A DNA stretch of 62,859 nt from a virus (IMGVR_UViG_3300012665_000949:1-62859), one strand, 5' to 3'. Positions 1 to 8,835 are shown, counted from the stretch's first letter. The notes: a model not told the origin generated them from the sequence alone. Numbers and translations are program-made.

Positions 1-54
1 TGGTCTCTTCTTCAAAGCTACGCTCAGATTTCTCTGTTTCGTAGATTTCTTTGT
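1..54. repeat. Terminal direct repeat (assembly circularisation overlap) identical to 62806-62859
   Basis: 54-nt exact match between the two ends; capsid ORF continues in frame across the join. Confidence 0.95.
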
Positions 55-145
55 GTTGCTCGCCGTAGCGTGCATACTCCAAACCGAACAAAGCGTTCAG
101 ACCGGGGAGCAGCTCTTTGAGCAGTTGTGCGCGTGAAATTGCCAT
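1..145 (-). CDS. Major capsid protein, N-terminal part (continues at 62805 down to 62018; about 310 aa in total)
   Basis: ATG at 145 with AAGGAG RBS; reads MAISRAQLLKELLPGLNALFGLEY...EEET and joins KLSGFGAAPVKNEG at the other end; follows scaffold and decoration genes. Confidence 0.9.
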   Translation of the reverse strand, partial: MAISRAQLLKELLPGLNALFGLEYARYGEQHKEIYETEKSERSFEEET

Positions 146-158
146 GGTGAGTTACTCC

Positions 159-785
159 TTACAGGCCAACGGCGTTGGTGTAGCTGTGATAGCCGGGGTT
201 GATCTTCACAAACACGTCAGTGAATGCGTCGCCAACAACTGAGAAGCCGACCGAATTGGGGAAGCCAATGATGCGGAAAGCGGCAGTAGTTGTCACGGCA
301 GAAGAGCCCGCCACAACGGAAGCAGTGGAGTTACCAGTAGTTGTGCTACCAGTCGCCACAGCGCCAGTTGAGAAGAACACGTTTGCACCGAGAGCGGCCT
401 GTGTCACTTGACCAGCGGACTGGACTTGGAACACGACATCTGGATCATCAATCACCTGCGCAGTCACCACGCCGGTTGTGCCGGTGGGGTAGTACTGAGA
501 GAAGATTTGCTGACCTTGAGCGTTAACGAACGAGCAGCCAACGAACACACCAACGATACCGGTGTTGGCAGTACCAACAGGGAAACCGTTTGTGGTTGCA
601 TCAGCGCCAGTAGCGGTGGCAACGGCCAGATAGCCGTTTGCGTTCACGTACACGGGCGAGCCGTTGTAAATGTTCGCAGCTGTGCCAGCTGGGTCGATCA
701 AGAAAGTGCGAGTGCTTCCAGCGTATGGAAGACCGCCGATCTCGTTTACGGCACGCAGGCCGTAGGGAGAAGCAGTAGATGCCAT
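159..785 (-). CDS. Probable head decoration/minor capsid protein
   Basis: 208-aa beta-rich G/T/A/V protein immediately upstream of the capsid gene; AGGAG RBS. Confidence 0.6.
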   Translation of the reverse strand: MASTASPYGLRAVNEIGGLPYAGSTRTFLIDPAGTAANIYNGSPVYVNANGYLAVATATGADATTNGFPVGTANTGIVGVFVGCSFVNAQGQQIFSQYYPTGTTGVVTAQVIDDPDVVFQVQSAGQVTQAALGANVFFSTGAVATGSTTTGNSTASVVAGSSAVTTTAAFRIIGFPNSVGFSVVGDAFTDVFVKINPGYHSYTNAVGL

Positions 786-801
786 TTAAGGACTCCTAAG
801 T

Positions 802-1260
802 TTATTTAGAACCAGAACCAAAACCACCACCGCGACTGGTCGTTGACTTGCGGTCAGCGAAAAGCGGCATGCGGGGGTCATTGTTTCGCATGAAGCTGTT
901 ATCCACAGATTCCATCTGGGCTTGTGCTTGTTTGGCGTAATACTCGTCCCGGGCCTGTGCGCGTTCACGTGGCATCTTGCAGAGCATGAGGCCGCCGAGT
1001 TCGACGTTTCCAGTCTTCGCATTACCCTCAAGCATCAGCTCGGGATGGTCTACTGCCTTTACCGGCTCCCAACCTTCACGCATCTTGGTAGACACGTTTG
1101 TGTTTTGGGCTTCACCAAGAACGTGTGTCGCAATCCAGCGATAAACCATTCCGGGTTCAGGTGTCGGGTCGGGCAGTGCACTCGCAGGTGTATACACATA
1201 ACGAGTCGTTTTATCGCGTGCCTCAAGTGCACGGGGGTTCCGGTTAATTGTTTCAGCCAT
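802..1260 (-). CDS. Head-module hypothetical protein
   Basis: 152-aa ORF with GGAG RBS between scaffold and decoration genes. Confidence 0.7.
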   Translation of the reverse strand: MAETINRNPRALEARDKTTRYVYTPASALPDPTPEPGMVYRWIATHVLGEAQNTNVSTKMREGWEPVKAVDHPELMLEGNAKTGNVELGGLMLCKMPRERAQARDEYYAKQAQAQMESVDNSFMRNNDPRMPLFADRKSTTSRGGGFGSGSK

Positions 1261-2194
1261 TTGATTTCTCCAGTTTTGCTACTTCAACAGCGTATTGCTG
1301 CGGGGTCAGTCCGTACTTTTTTGCCAACGCAACTTGCGTCGGGGTTAGCTGAACTTTTCGGGCTCCGGTCGAACGTGTCGCCGGGGCCACGACAGAAGCA
1401 GGTCGTCGGGAGCCATCGCCGGATTTCGGCCGGTCTTCATTTCCGAACACGTCCGGGAATGTTGACTTCATGCGAGAGTCGATTCTCTCGAAGTACTCAT
1501 CAGAGCGGGGGTCGAGCCCCGAATTTACTAGTTTTTGGTGCAGCCCTAGTGCAAAGCTGGTGTGTTCCTCAAAACCTGACGCCCCAAACCACTGGTTTTT
1601 TGCCTGCCAGCGCAGCGTTTTTTCATCGACTTGGGGCGCAGGGTCTTGCTGTTGACGCATTTGTACAACAGGTTCGTCTACTTGTAAAGGGGTGTGACGG
1701 AAATTTTTTGCAGCTTCCGCCCTCATTTTGGCATCCATCAGCGCTTCTTGGGCGGTGATGATGGCCTCAGTGTCAAAAGACTCGTTGGCTTCTTTCAAAG
1801 CCCGCTTGGCCTTATCCACTTCGGAGTCTGCAATGTGTTTGACAGAAGCAGCATAGTGCTCAGAGCCGTTATTCACGTAGTGCTTGAGCTTGTTGTTCTC
1901 TGCCATCATGTGCTGTGCAAGACGCTCCAGCTCTTGTTTCTCACGCAGCAGCGACTCTTTGGCCCGGCGCTCGTCGTGACGGGCGTGGGTCAAGTCCTTG
2001 ATGCGCTTTTTGACGTTGTCGGAGTAACTCTCGATCTCCTCGTCAGTGGGATCGGCCACGTCACGGTCCAGCGGCTTGCGGCCACGGTCGCGTTCGGGGG
2101 TGTCGTCAACGATCTCGATTTCAACATCGTTGTCTGTGACTACCTCGATATTGGTCTCTTCGACCTCATCGGGAAACTTGTAGGGTTCAGCCAT
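1253..2194 (-). CDS. Probable capsid scaffolding protein
   Basis: Acidic N-terminus, long coiled coil, C-terminal LTPTQVALAKKYGLTPQQYA helix; start MAEPYKF at 2194 after AAGGAG. Confidence 0.7.
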   Translation of the reverse strand: MAEPYKFPDEVEETNIEVVTDNDVEIEIVDDTPERDRGRKPLDRDVADPTDEEIESYSDNVKKRIKDLTHARHDERRAKESLLREKQELERLAQHMMAENNKLKHYVNNGSEHYAASVKHIADSEVDKAKRALKEANESFDTEAIITAQEALMDAKMRAEAAKNFRHTPLQVDEPVVQMRQQQDPAPQVDEKTLRWQAKNQWFGASGFEEHTSFALGLHQKLVNSGLDPRSDEYFERIDSRMKSTFPDVFGNEDRPKSGDGSRRPASVVAPATRSTGARKVQLTPTQVALAKKYGLTPQQYAVEVAKLEKSNG

Positions 2195-2204
2195 TTTTAC
2201 TCCT

Positions 2205-2639
2205 TCATGCGCGGGTATAACCGCGAGGGTCTTGCACAACACACTCAATTTGGTCATCGTTCAGAATCCTGAACTCCTTACCAAACACCTTGAATCGCGT
2301 ACCTGTGTAGGTGCGCACGAGCACAAAGTCGCCTTCTTTGCACCACGCTCCCGATGGGAACTTGGCAGGGTCTTTGTACGCGTCTGGGCCCATCCGCATC
2401 ACGAACAGCACAGTTGTGGCGTGTTCTTCCGCTCGCAGGGTTGCAGCATCTCGAACGAGGTCGAGGCTCGTACCGGCAATCTTTTCATCGACGTTGGGCA
2501 CAACACACAGCAGCTTGTAGCCCGTGGGGACCGGTAGCGCTGTTGCTTTGGTTTCGCTATCCGCCGTCTCGTCCGGGGACTCGATGGGTTGGATATGTTT
2601 TGGCAGGCTAATGCCCGGTGGCAGAATGATTTCACTCAT
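2205..2639 (-). CDS. groES: Phage GroES-like co-chaperonin
   Basis: LPVPTGYKLL...MGPDAY...CKEGDFVLVRTYTGTRFKVFGKEFRILNDDQIECVV matches the Cpn10 pattern. Confidence 0.8.
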   Translation of the reverse strand: MSEIILPPGISLPKHIQPIESPDETADSETKATALPVPTGYKLLCVVPNVDEKIAGTSLDLVRDAATLRAEEHATTVLFVMRMGPDAYKDPAKFPSGAWCKEGDFVLVRTYTGTRFKVFGKEFRILNDDQIECVVQDPRGYTRA

Positions 2640-2826
2640 CTGATTGCTCTACTTTCTTCGCAAGGTCTAGGAGATGACGCTCTGCGGTCGCAAGACCCTG
2701 AATGATTCCGCAGAGTTTTTGGTAATCGTCAAAAGTGCGGCATGCCCCACCCGCCAAGTCATCGGCGTAGTTGTTCATGTCGGTGCGTATTTTTTCGCGC
2801 AATACGCGTGCGAAGTCTTGGATCAT
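2632..2826 (-). CDS. Small hypothetical protein
   Basis: 64-aa ORF overlapping the portal stop and the GroES start. Confidence 0.7.
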   Translation of the reverse strand: MIQDFARVLREKIRTDMNNYADDLAGGACRTFDDYQKLCGIIQGLATAERHLLDLAKKVEQSDE

Positions 2827-5387
2827 TGGTCAGATTTTCCGGTTGGTTTTTGGGACTGGGCCAACAACTGCGCAGCACGCAACTGTTGGTCCGCTTTGCT
2901 CTTGGCAACATCAATGCCAATCTTCAGGCCCGCTTGACGATCGGCGGCGTCCATCTTGGACTTGCTTTCCTGAATCTGTGCTCCTACACGCAGGGCCTCC
3001 AGCTCCAACTGACCGCTGACCTTTTCCTGCTCCAGCTCTTGCTTGTCGGAGAGCGCGGCTGCGTCAATGGCCATCTTCTGCTGCTTCATCTGCATGTCTT
3101 GCTGGGCCATCTGGATTTTGGCCTGCTCGATCTGCATCTTCATCTGAGCTTCCTGCTGCTTGATCTGCACCTCCTGCTGCTTGATCTGCAGCTCTTGCAT
3201 CTGCATTTGCAGCACGGGGTCTTGCATCTGCTGCTGGGCCTGCATCTGGGCAGCTTGCGCTTGGCTTTGCTGCACCACCTGCTGAGCGGCCTGAGCCATC
3301 ATGGCCGACAGCGCGATCTCGATCTGTGGTGGCAGCTTCTCGTCTTCGGGCGGCAGGGGCATGCCCAACTGCGCCTCGATCTGCTGGCGCATCTTGAACC
3401 CCAAGTGCTCAGAGATGTGGGCCTGCGTCTCAGCCATGATTTTCTGCGCCTGTGGGTTTTGGCCAATCGTCTGCGCAATCATCGGGTCCTGCATCATCAT
3501 GTTGTGCACGGCCATGTGTGCGTCGTGGTTCTGGTGCAGGAACGCTTTGACCGGGCTGCCACGCAGGATGTTCTGGTTCTCAGACACGGGGTCCACCGGC
3601 TTCATGTCGTCCTCAAGCGGGATCAGCTTGTCGGCGTTTTTGATCCCCAGCACGTCGAGCATGCCGCGATGCAACTCGGGCAGGTCGTAAATGTCCGGGG
3701 CCATCTGCGCCATCTGGATCACGGCTTGGTACTGCACCACGCGCTGGCTGAGTGTGGCCGCGTTCGGATCGCTGACAGGCAGGATGTCCACGTGGCGGTA
3801 GTCTGCTGCCTTGGCGCGGGGGCCCTCTTCGCCGTCCGGCTCGTACGAATACTCGTCGTCCGTGTAGTCGCGGATGATCGCGGCCAGCAGTTGCAGCTCT
3901 TCCTTCAGGGCGTAGTGCACACGCGCCTGCACGGCGGTCATGACTTTCAACTGGCGCTCAAGCAGTGCCAGCGTGGAGCCCACAGGAGCGTTGGCCCCCA
4001 TGTCCGACACTTTCATGTCGGCCGTAGCCGCAAAGCGGCGACCTTCTTCCACCACGTTGCCCAGCAGTGTCATCAGAACCTGTGACGGCTCCTTGTACGG
4101 CAGGGGCAGGATGTTGTCGCGGATAGTGCCCGAGCCCACGTCCACATCGCGGAACTCGCCCGGAGCGATCGGCGTGTCGTCGCCCTTGATCCGAAGACCA
4201 CGGGACTTCAAACCACCGGGCAGGTTGGACAACGTACCCGCATCGATCAACTGACGCATCAAGCTGGTGGCCGACTTGGCAAACCCACCGATCAGGTGGA
4301 ACAGACCGAAGCCATACGCACCGAAGCCGGGGATGTACTGGTAGTGCACGAAGTGCTGGCGCTTTAAGTGCAGGTCATCATCTTCCCGCCAGTTGCGGCG
4401 CACAGACAGCACCGTGTTTGTACCCCGGATCATGGTGACCACGTACGGCAGAGCAATCTCTGCGTCGTCTTCGCACAGCGGGTCGGCCTTGAGGTACAGG
4501 TCAACGTGCGACTCGTACAGCGTAAAGCGGTCGTCGTTCAGGTCACTGAAACCTGTCTCTTTGTCCTTGGCCTTGTTGATTTCGCTGGTCGCTTTGTCGG
4601 GCTCCCCGATGTCCACATCAAGATAGAACCCCGCCTGCTGCAGCTTGACGATCTCGTTCTTGGTCTTGCGCATCTGGTGCGTGACGCGGTAGCAAGCCTG
4701 AATATCGGACGTGCCGTAGGGCAGCAAAATGTCTTCGGCCGGGATGAAGATCGACACTTGGCGGGCAAGATTGGGGTCAAAGTAGACCTTCTTGAACGCA
4801 GAGCCTGTGGCTGGCAGTGACCACAGCATGCGCTCGTGCTCGGCGCGGAACTCTTTCATCACCTCCGTGAGCTGGAAGTTCATGTCGTCGGCCACGCGCT
4901 GGGCAGCTTCCTTCTTCTCAAGCGTCTCTTTGCCCACGATCTTTGTGCGAACCGGGCCGACGGCAGGGAACGTCTCGGTGATGGTTTCTGACTGGAACCT
5001 TACAACTGCCTCTGTGATCATGGGGTGGAACACGCCACTGGCACCGTTCCACGGCTCCGTGCGCTCCTCCATGTTCAGGCCCAAGAGTTTCAAGCCCTCG
5101 GTGTAGGTTTTTTCCCAGTCCTTGCGGCTGTTGCGGTCGTTGTCGATGTCGCTGGCCAAGTCGCCTGCAAGCGACTGCAAAGCGCTGTCCGAGATGTATT
5201 CAGCCAAGTTGGCATCGAAGTCCTCAATGCTGGGCTCCCCCGGCTCGATGTCGATCTCCATGTCCCCAATCTTGATGCTGACCTCTTCGGGGTCAACAAT
5301 CTCAATCTCGATGGGGTCCATCTCTTCGGCTGCTGCCGCAATGCCCGTGGGCTGCTGGAACAGCGCCTTGTCGATATTCGTGGCCAT
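2823..5387 (-). CDS. Portal protein with long Gln-rich C-terminal coiled coil
   Basis: 854 aa directly after TerL; GSAFKKVYFD and GFGAYGFGLFHLIGG portal-like segments; P22-like barrel tail. Confidence 0.85.
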   Translation of the reverse strand: MATNIDKALFQQPTGIAAAAEEMDPIEIEIVDPEEVSIKIGDMEIDIEPGEPSIEDFDANLAEYISDSALQSLAGDLASDIDNDRNSRKDWEKTYTEGLKLLGLNMEERTEPWNGASGVFHPMITEAVVRFQSETITETFPAVGPVRTKIVGKETLEKKEAAQRVADDMNFQLTEVMKEFRAEHERMLWSLPATGSAFKKVYFDPNLARQVSIFIPAEDILLPYGTSDIQACYRVTHQMRKTKNEIVKLQQAGFYLDVDIGEPDKATSEINKAKDKETGFSDLNDDRFTLYESHVDLYLKADPLCEDDAEIALPYVVTMIRGTNTVLSVRRNWREDDDLHLKRQHFVHYQYIPGFGAYGFGLFHLIGGFAKSATSLMRQLIDAGTLSNLPGGLKSRGLRIKGDDTPIAPGEFRDVDVGSGTIRDNILPLPYKEPSQVLMTLLGNVVEEGRRFAATADMKVSDMGANAPVGSTLALLERQLKVMTAVQARVHYALKEELQLLAAIIRDYTDDEYSYEPDGEEGPRAKAADYRHVDILPVSDPNAATLSQRVVQYQAVIQMAQMAPDIYDLPELHRGMLDVLGIKNADKLIPLEDDMKPVDPVSENQNILRGSPVKAFLHQNHDAHMAVHNMMMQDPMIAQTIGQNPQAQKIMAETQAHISEHLGFKMRQQIEAQLGMPLPPEDEKLPPQIEIALSAMMAQAAQQVVQQSQAQAAQMQAQQQMQDPVLQMQMQELQIKQQEVQIKQQEAQMKMQIEQAKIQMAQQDMQMKQQKMAIDAAALSDKQELEQEKVSGQLELEALRVGAQIQESKSKMDAADRQAGLKIGIDVAKSKADQQLRAAQLLAQSQKPTGKSDQ

Positions 5388-5401
5388 GGTGTAACTCTTT
5401 C

Positions 5402-6934
5402 TTAATAGTACGCAGCCCGGCGGGCTTGGTAGAAGCGCTCTTCTTGCTCGTCCGTGTCAAGCGGGATGAACCCGCCCCGGCGAAAGCGTAACAGCGCTTG
5501 AGATGTGGTGTCAACGAAGTCGTCGTTCTCCCCGTTGGGAAAGGACGCAACCTCCTCGATCACCTCGCGTGCCCACCGCTTGTCAGGTGCCCAGACCGAG
5601 CCCGAGGCAAAAAGGTCCGACACGGCGTTGAGCCGCACAATTTTATCGTTACCCCGGCTGGGGCTGAACTCTTCTACCGGTATGCCCACAGCCCGCAGCT
5701 CTTGGATCAGTGGGGCCCCGGCCGCTTTCTTTTCCACAATGAACGCGTCAGGCTCCCACTCTTTGTAGTGCTTGAGCGCGATCACCTTCAGCTCGGGGAA
5801 CGCCATCCGGTCCTTGAACGCGTCCAGCAGGATGACCTGCGCCTTGTCGTTCTCTTCCTCGTTGTAGAACACGCCCCACGTTGTGCACGCGGAGTAGTCG
5901 GCCGTGTTTGATGTCTCAAACGCCGTGTCCCAGCTCTGGATGATGTAGTCGCACCGGGGCGGGTCGTCTTTCTCCCACACACGCCAAGACTTGCGCGAGA
6001 TGATGGCCGCGTTGTTGCTGGTGGGCTGCTGCATGTACTGGGCGTTCCAGTACTGGGGGTCAATGCTGGCCTTGGTCGCCTTGAGGGTGGCCAGCGGCCA
6101 CTGCTCGGGCCAGAGCGACTTCTCGTTCTCCGTGTCCTCGTGCAAGATGGCCGGAAGCTCCACGATCTCCCACGGCTCGGCGTCGGGATTCTTGGCTTGG
6201 TAGTCGATCAGGCGGCCGGTCAGGTCCAACTTGCCCCAGCGCGTCATCACGATGATGACCGCCCCGCCCGGCATCAGTCGCTGGAGCGGCCCGGTCTGGA
6301 ACCAAGACCATGCAGTGTCGAAAGCCAGCCGTGAGTTGGCCTTAACGTCCTGCTCCGAGTGAGGATCGTCAATAACGAACAGGTCAGCACCACGACCAGC
6401 AAGAGCGCCGCCGACACCAGCAGCATAGTACTGACCACCAGCGCTTGTAGACCATTTACCGGCAGCTTTTTGATCGTCGGCCACCAGCGTTTGGGGGAAA
6501 AGTCCATGGTAGTCCTCGTCAGCAAGCAAATTTCGCACCCGACGGCCGAAGTCTTCCGACAAACCGGCGGTGTGCGTGCCCATGATGATCTTTTTCTCGG
6601 GGAAGTTGCCCAAAAAGAAGGCAGGGAACAGGTAGGAGCTGAACTCAGACTTACCCATACGGGGCGCGATGTTGATGATCACGCGTTTTTTGGTCCCGGC
6701 GATCACTTCGGTGAAGATTTTGGCCAGTTTCCTGTGGTGCGGCCCGACTTTAAAGCCCGGATACACCGACTTGGCGAACTCAATCATGTCCGAGCGGGCC
6801 AAATTCTTTTGTTTGTGCTCTTGCGCCTTGTCCAGCAGCTCCAACGCCTCCAACTTCTCGGCCGCTGTCAGCTTGCCAAGGTTTTTGAACAGCGCTGCGG
6901 CTTGCTCAGGCGTCAACGGCGGGTTGATTATCAT
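5402..6934 (-). CDS. terL: Terminase large subunit
   Basis: Walker A IAPRMGKS, Walker B LFVIDDP, coupling motif MTRW, nuclease QSWDTA and DDFVD. Confidence 0.95.
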   Translation of the reverse strand: MIINPPLTPEQAAALFKNLGKLTAAEKLEALELLDKAQEHKQKNLARSDMIEFAKSVYPGFKVGPHHRKLAKIFTEVIAGTKKRVIINIAPRMGKSEFSSYLFPAFFLGNFPEKKIIMGTHTAGLSEDFGRRVRNLLADEDYHGLFPQTLVADDQKAAGKWSTSAGGQYYAAGVGGALAGRGADLFVIDDPHSEQDVKANSRLAFDTAWSWFQTGPLQRLMPGGAVIIVMTRWGKLDLTGRLIDYQAKNPDAEPWEIVELPAILHEDTENEKSLWPEQWPLATLKATKASIDPQYWNAQYMQQPTSNNAAIISRKSWRVWEKDDPPRCDYIIQSWDTAFETSNTADYSACTTWGVFYNEEENDKAQVILLDAFKDRMAFPELKVIALKHYKEWEPDAFIVEKKAAGAPLIQELRAVGIPVEEFSPSRGNDKIVRLNAVSDLFASGSVWAPDKRWAREVIEEVASFPNGENDDFVDTTSQALLRFRRGGFIPLDTDEQEERFYQARRAAYY

Positions 6935-7517
6935 TGGTGGGGGTAGTGGTCGTGATTTCTGTGATGTCCGTCACGTCGGCGTCTGACACATCCATGAACT
7001 TGGCCAGCTTTTCCTTGAGGCGCTGGTCGATCTCGGCTTCCGTCATGTCGGTTTTCTTGACCTCGATCTTGTCGGTGAACAGCCCGATCTCTGTGACCTT
7101 GCCCAGCAGGCCCAGCGCTTTCAAGCGGATGTTGGCGTTGGGGCTTTCGCACTCCTCGACCAGTTTTGCCACCGCATACCCGCGCAGCTCCTTGGCTTGG
7201 TGCACAAACTCCCAGTCGTAGGCCGTCAGCATGCCCACCAGATGGCGCACGGCCGCTGGGGTCTCTATCTTGGAGACCATCTCGTGCTGTGTGGTGATGG
7301 GGGAGGCGGTTGTCAGCGCCGAGAAAGTTTCCCGGGCCTGCTGTTTCTCCAACTCGGAGACGGCTGTCTCGGCGTCAGGGACGCCCATTCCTTTAAGCCA
7401 GTCGTTGGTACTGATCTTGCCGTTCAGCAACTCAACGGGCGCAGTCTTCTCCGCCGGGGCGGGCGCTTGTGACTTAGGTAAAACTTCGGGGTCGAAGTCG
7501 AGAAGGTGGTCTAACAT
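6906..7517 (-). CDS. Probable terminase small subunit
   Basis: Directly upstream of and overlapping terL; helical C-terminus RLKALGLLGKV...LFTDKIEV; start at 7517 preferred over 7655. Confidence 0.6.
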   Translation of the reverse strand: MLDHLLDFDPEVLPKSQAPAPAEKTAPVELLNGKISTNDWLKGMGVPDAETAVSELEKQQARETFSALTTASPITTQHEMVSKIETPAAVRHLVGMLTAYDWEFVHQAKELRGYAVAKLVEECESPNANIRLKALGLLGKVTEIGLFTDKIEVKKTDMTEAEIDQRLKEKLAKFMDVSDADVTDITEITTTTPTNDNQPAVDA

Positions 7518-7574
7518 TTGTCCTGACGGGGTCTCAGCAACATTCTGTTGCCTGACCCTCCAAAGAGTTGCGGG

Positions 7575-7623
7575 TTGCTGTCCCGATGTGCAGAGTATAT
7601 ACTCACATCCGGCACTGGCGCAA
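7575..7623. promoter_or_regulatory. Overlapping divergent sigma70-like promoters sharing the palindrome GAGTATATACTC
   Basis: Plus: TTGCTG(7575-80)-N17-TATACT(7598-7603). Minus: TTGCGC(7623-18)-N18-TATACT(7599-94), pointing at terS. Confidence 0.6.
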
Positions 7624-7703
7624 CTTGTTGTTCCTCTGCTTTCTCCTTGGGTCAAGAGACCCTTTCAGCCCCGGCCAAAAGCCGGGGCTTTTTTTTTTTT
7701 TTT
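7610..7703 (+). ncRNA. Candidate anti-Shine-Dalgarno small RNA
   Basis: Promoter, pyrimidine tract CTGCTTTCTCCTTGG, hairpin GGGTC-AAGA-GACCC and intrinsic terminator; no credible ORF; tract complements many plus-strand RBSs. Confidence 0.6.
7667..7703 (+). terminator. Rho-independent terminator
   Basis: AGCCCCGGC-CAAAA-GCCGGGGCT 9-bp stem followed by a long T run. Confidence 0.9.
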
Positions 7704-7786
7704 GTGCCCGTGTTTTTTAAAATTTTTTAGAAATTTTTTGGTGGGGCTGTGTTTTTATACAGGGGGTGGGTTGCTGGATTTGGGAT

Positions 7787-7802
7787 TGTCCAATGTTTTA
7801 CA
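7787..7802. promoter_or_regulatory. Operator-like site family B (TGTC-N8-GACA), degenerate copy
   Basis: TGTCCAATGTTTTACA, similar to the sites at 14580 and 22661. Confidence 0.4.
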
Positions 7803-7990
7803 AACTGCTGGGAGCGGGAGGGGAATAGTGTTCTAGTGGGCCGGTCCTATCGCCCAACACAAGGCTTGGTGGGGGTACGGTGGGGTTTGGCTATGGGGCT
7901 TTGACCTTCTCCCAGACCCCCGAATGCTTTACTGTAGTTGTCAAGGGAACGGTTCCCAAGACATTCCTTCAACGCTCACAGGAGAAACTC

Positions 7991-8413
7991 ATGAGCATCC
8001 GCACTACTGCCAAGTCCATTGGCAACAAAGACGCCAGCACCGCTGAGCTGGCCATCGCAATCCGCAAAGCCTACGCCAAGGCCAAGCCGGAGCTGGCGCA
8101 GGAGATACGCGCCGACTTCCACATCGGCTACATCTCCGGGCGAGATAGACTTTCTATCTCTGATGCCGAAGCTATCTGGCTGGCAGGCAAGGGCGAGGGC
8201 GCAATCAACGCTCCGGCGATTGCGAGGGCAGTGGCCGCATGGAAATACTACGTGACTGACCACTTGCCCAAGGCCGATGCCGCACCCGCAAAGCATATGC
8301 GCATCAGCAAGGAGGCCCGAGCAATGGCGATGGACTTCCTTGGCAACTTCGAGGGCAAGAATCGCACAGAGCAGATCAAGCAAGCGATAGCTTTGCTCAA
8401 TGCACTCAAGTAA
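7991..8413 (+). CDS. Early hypothetical protein (first plus-strand gene)
   Basis: AGGAG RBS, start MSIRTTAK, Ala/Lys-rich helical sequence. Confidence 0.8.
   Translation: MSIRTTAKSIGNKDASTAELAIAIRKAYAKAKPELAQEIRADFHIGYISGRDRLSISDAEAIWLAGKGEGAINAPAIARAVAAWKYYVTDHLPKADAAPAKHMRISKEARAMAMDFLGNFEGKNRTEQIKQAIALLNALK
8143..8159. promoter_or_regulatory. Palindrome family A (AGATAGA-N3-TCTATCT)
   Basis: AGATAGA CTT TCTATCT, intragenic. Confidence 0.55.
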
Positions 8414-8415
8414 TC

Positions 8416-8432
8416 CGATAGGTTTTCTATCT
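8416..8432. promoter_or_regulatory. Palindrome family A
   Basis: CGATAGG TTT TCTATCT just after a stop codon. Confidence 0.55.
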
Positions 8433-8513
8433 CAAACACAACGGGCGTGGCTGGCCCGTTGTTCCTCCCCGTGTCTAACGCACTGGCCATGCGTATCTTT
8501 TGGAGAAACTTCC

Positions 8514-8627
8514 ATGACTAAACCTTCCCGCCTTCTGCTTGCGCTTTTGCGTGAGCACCGCCACACACCCAACTTGATGTGGCTTCGTCGCGCCGACAAC
8601 TGGCGTATCTACTACTCGCTGCTCTAA
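8514..8627 (+). CDS. Small early protein
   Basis: GGAGA RBS, MTKPSRLLL..., 37 aa. Confidence 0.55.
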   Translation: MTKPSRLLLALLREHRHTPNLMWLRRADNWRIYYSLL

Positions 8628-8639
8628 GGAGAAACTTCC

Positions 8640-8825
8640 ATGCACGACAACATCAACGCCCGCGATGCCAAGCGCATCCTTCACGGCCTGCACAACATCT
8701 TGCGTTGCGTCAGGCCGCACGACCTACGCACAGTGGCCAAGCACCTTGCTATGCACCACCACATCCCGCAGAAGGTCATGCTCACCGCAGTGGCCCGCTA
8801 CGCCCGCATCCACCACACCTACTAA
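8640..8825 (+). CDS. Small His-rich early protein
   Basis: AAGGAG RBS, 61 aa. Confidence 0.7.
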   Translation: MHDNINARDAKRILHGLHNILRCVRPHDLRTVAKHLAMHHHIPQKVMLTAVARYARIHHTY

Positions 8826-8835
8826 GGAGACAGCA

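Noticed and set aside
2742-4085. Long plus-strand ORFs opposite the portal, terminase and giant genes (also 27900-29213, 35212-36126, 36228-37190, 58446-59282)
   Set aside because: These are antisense shadows of codon-biased genes, with no RBS or recognisable motifs
7518-7655. Extended terS start at 7655, or the minus-strand AAGGAG at about 7643-7648 as its RBS
   Set aside because: No start codon lies at usable spacing after that SD, and the extension runs through the promoter region; 7517 is preferred
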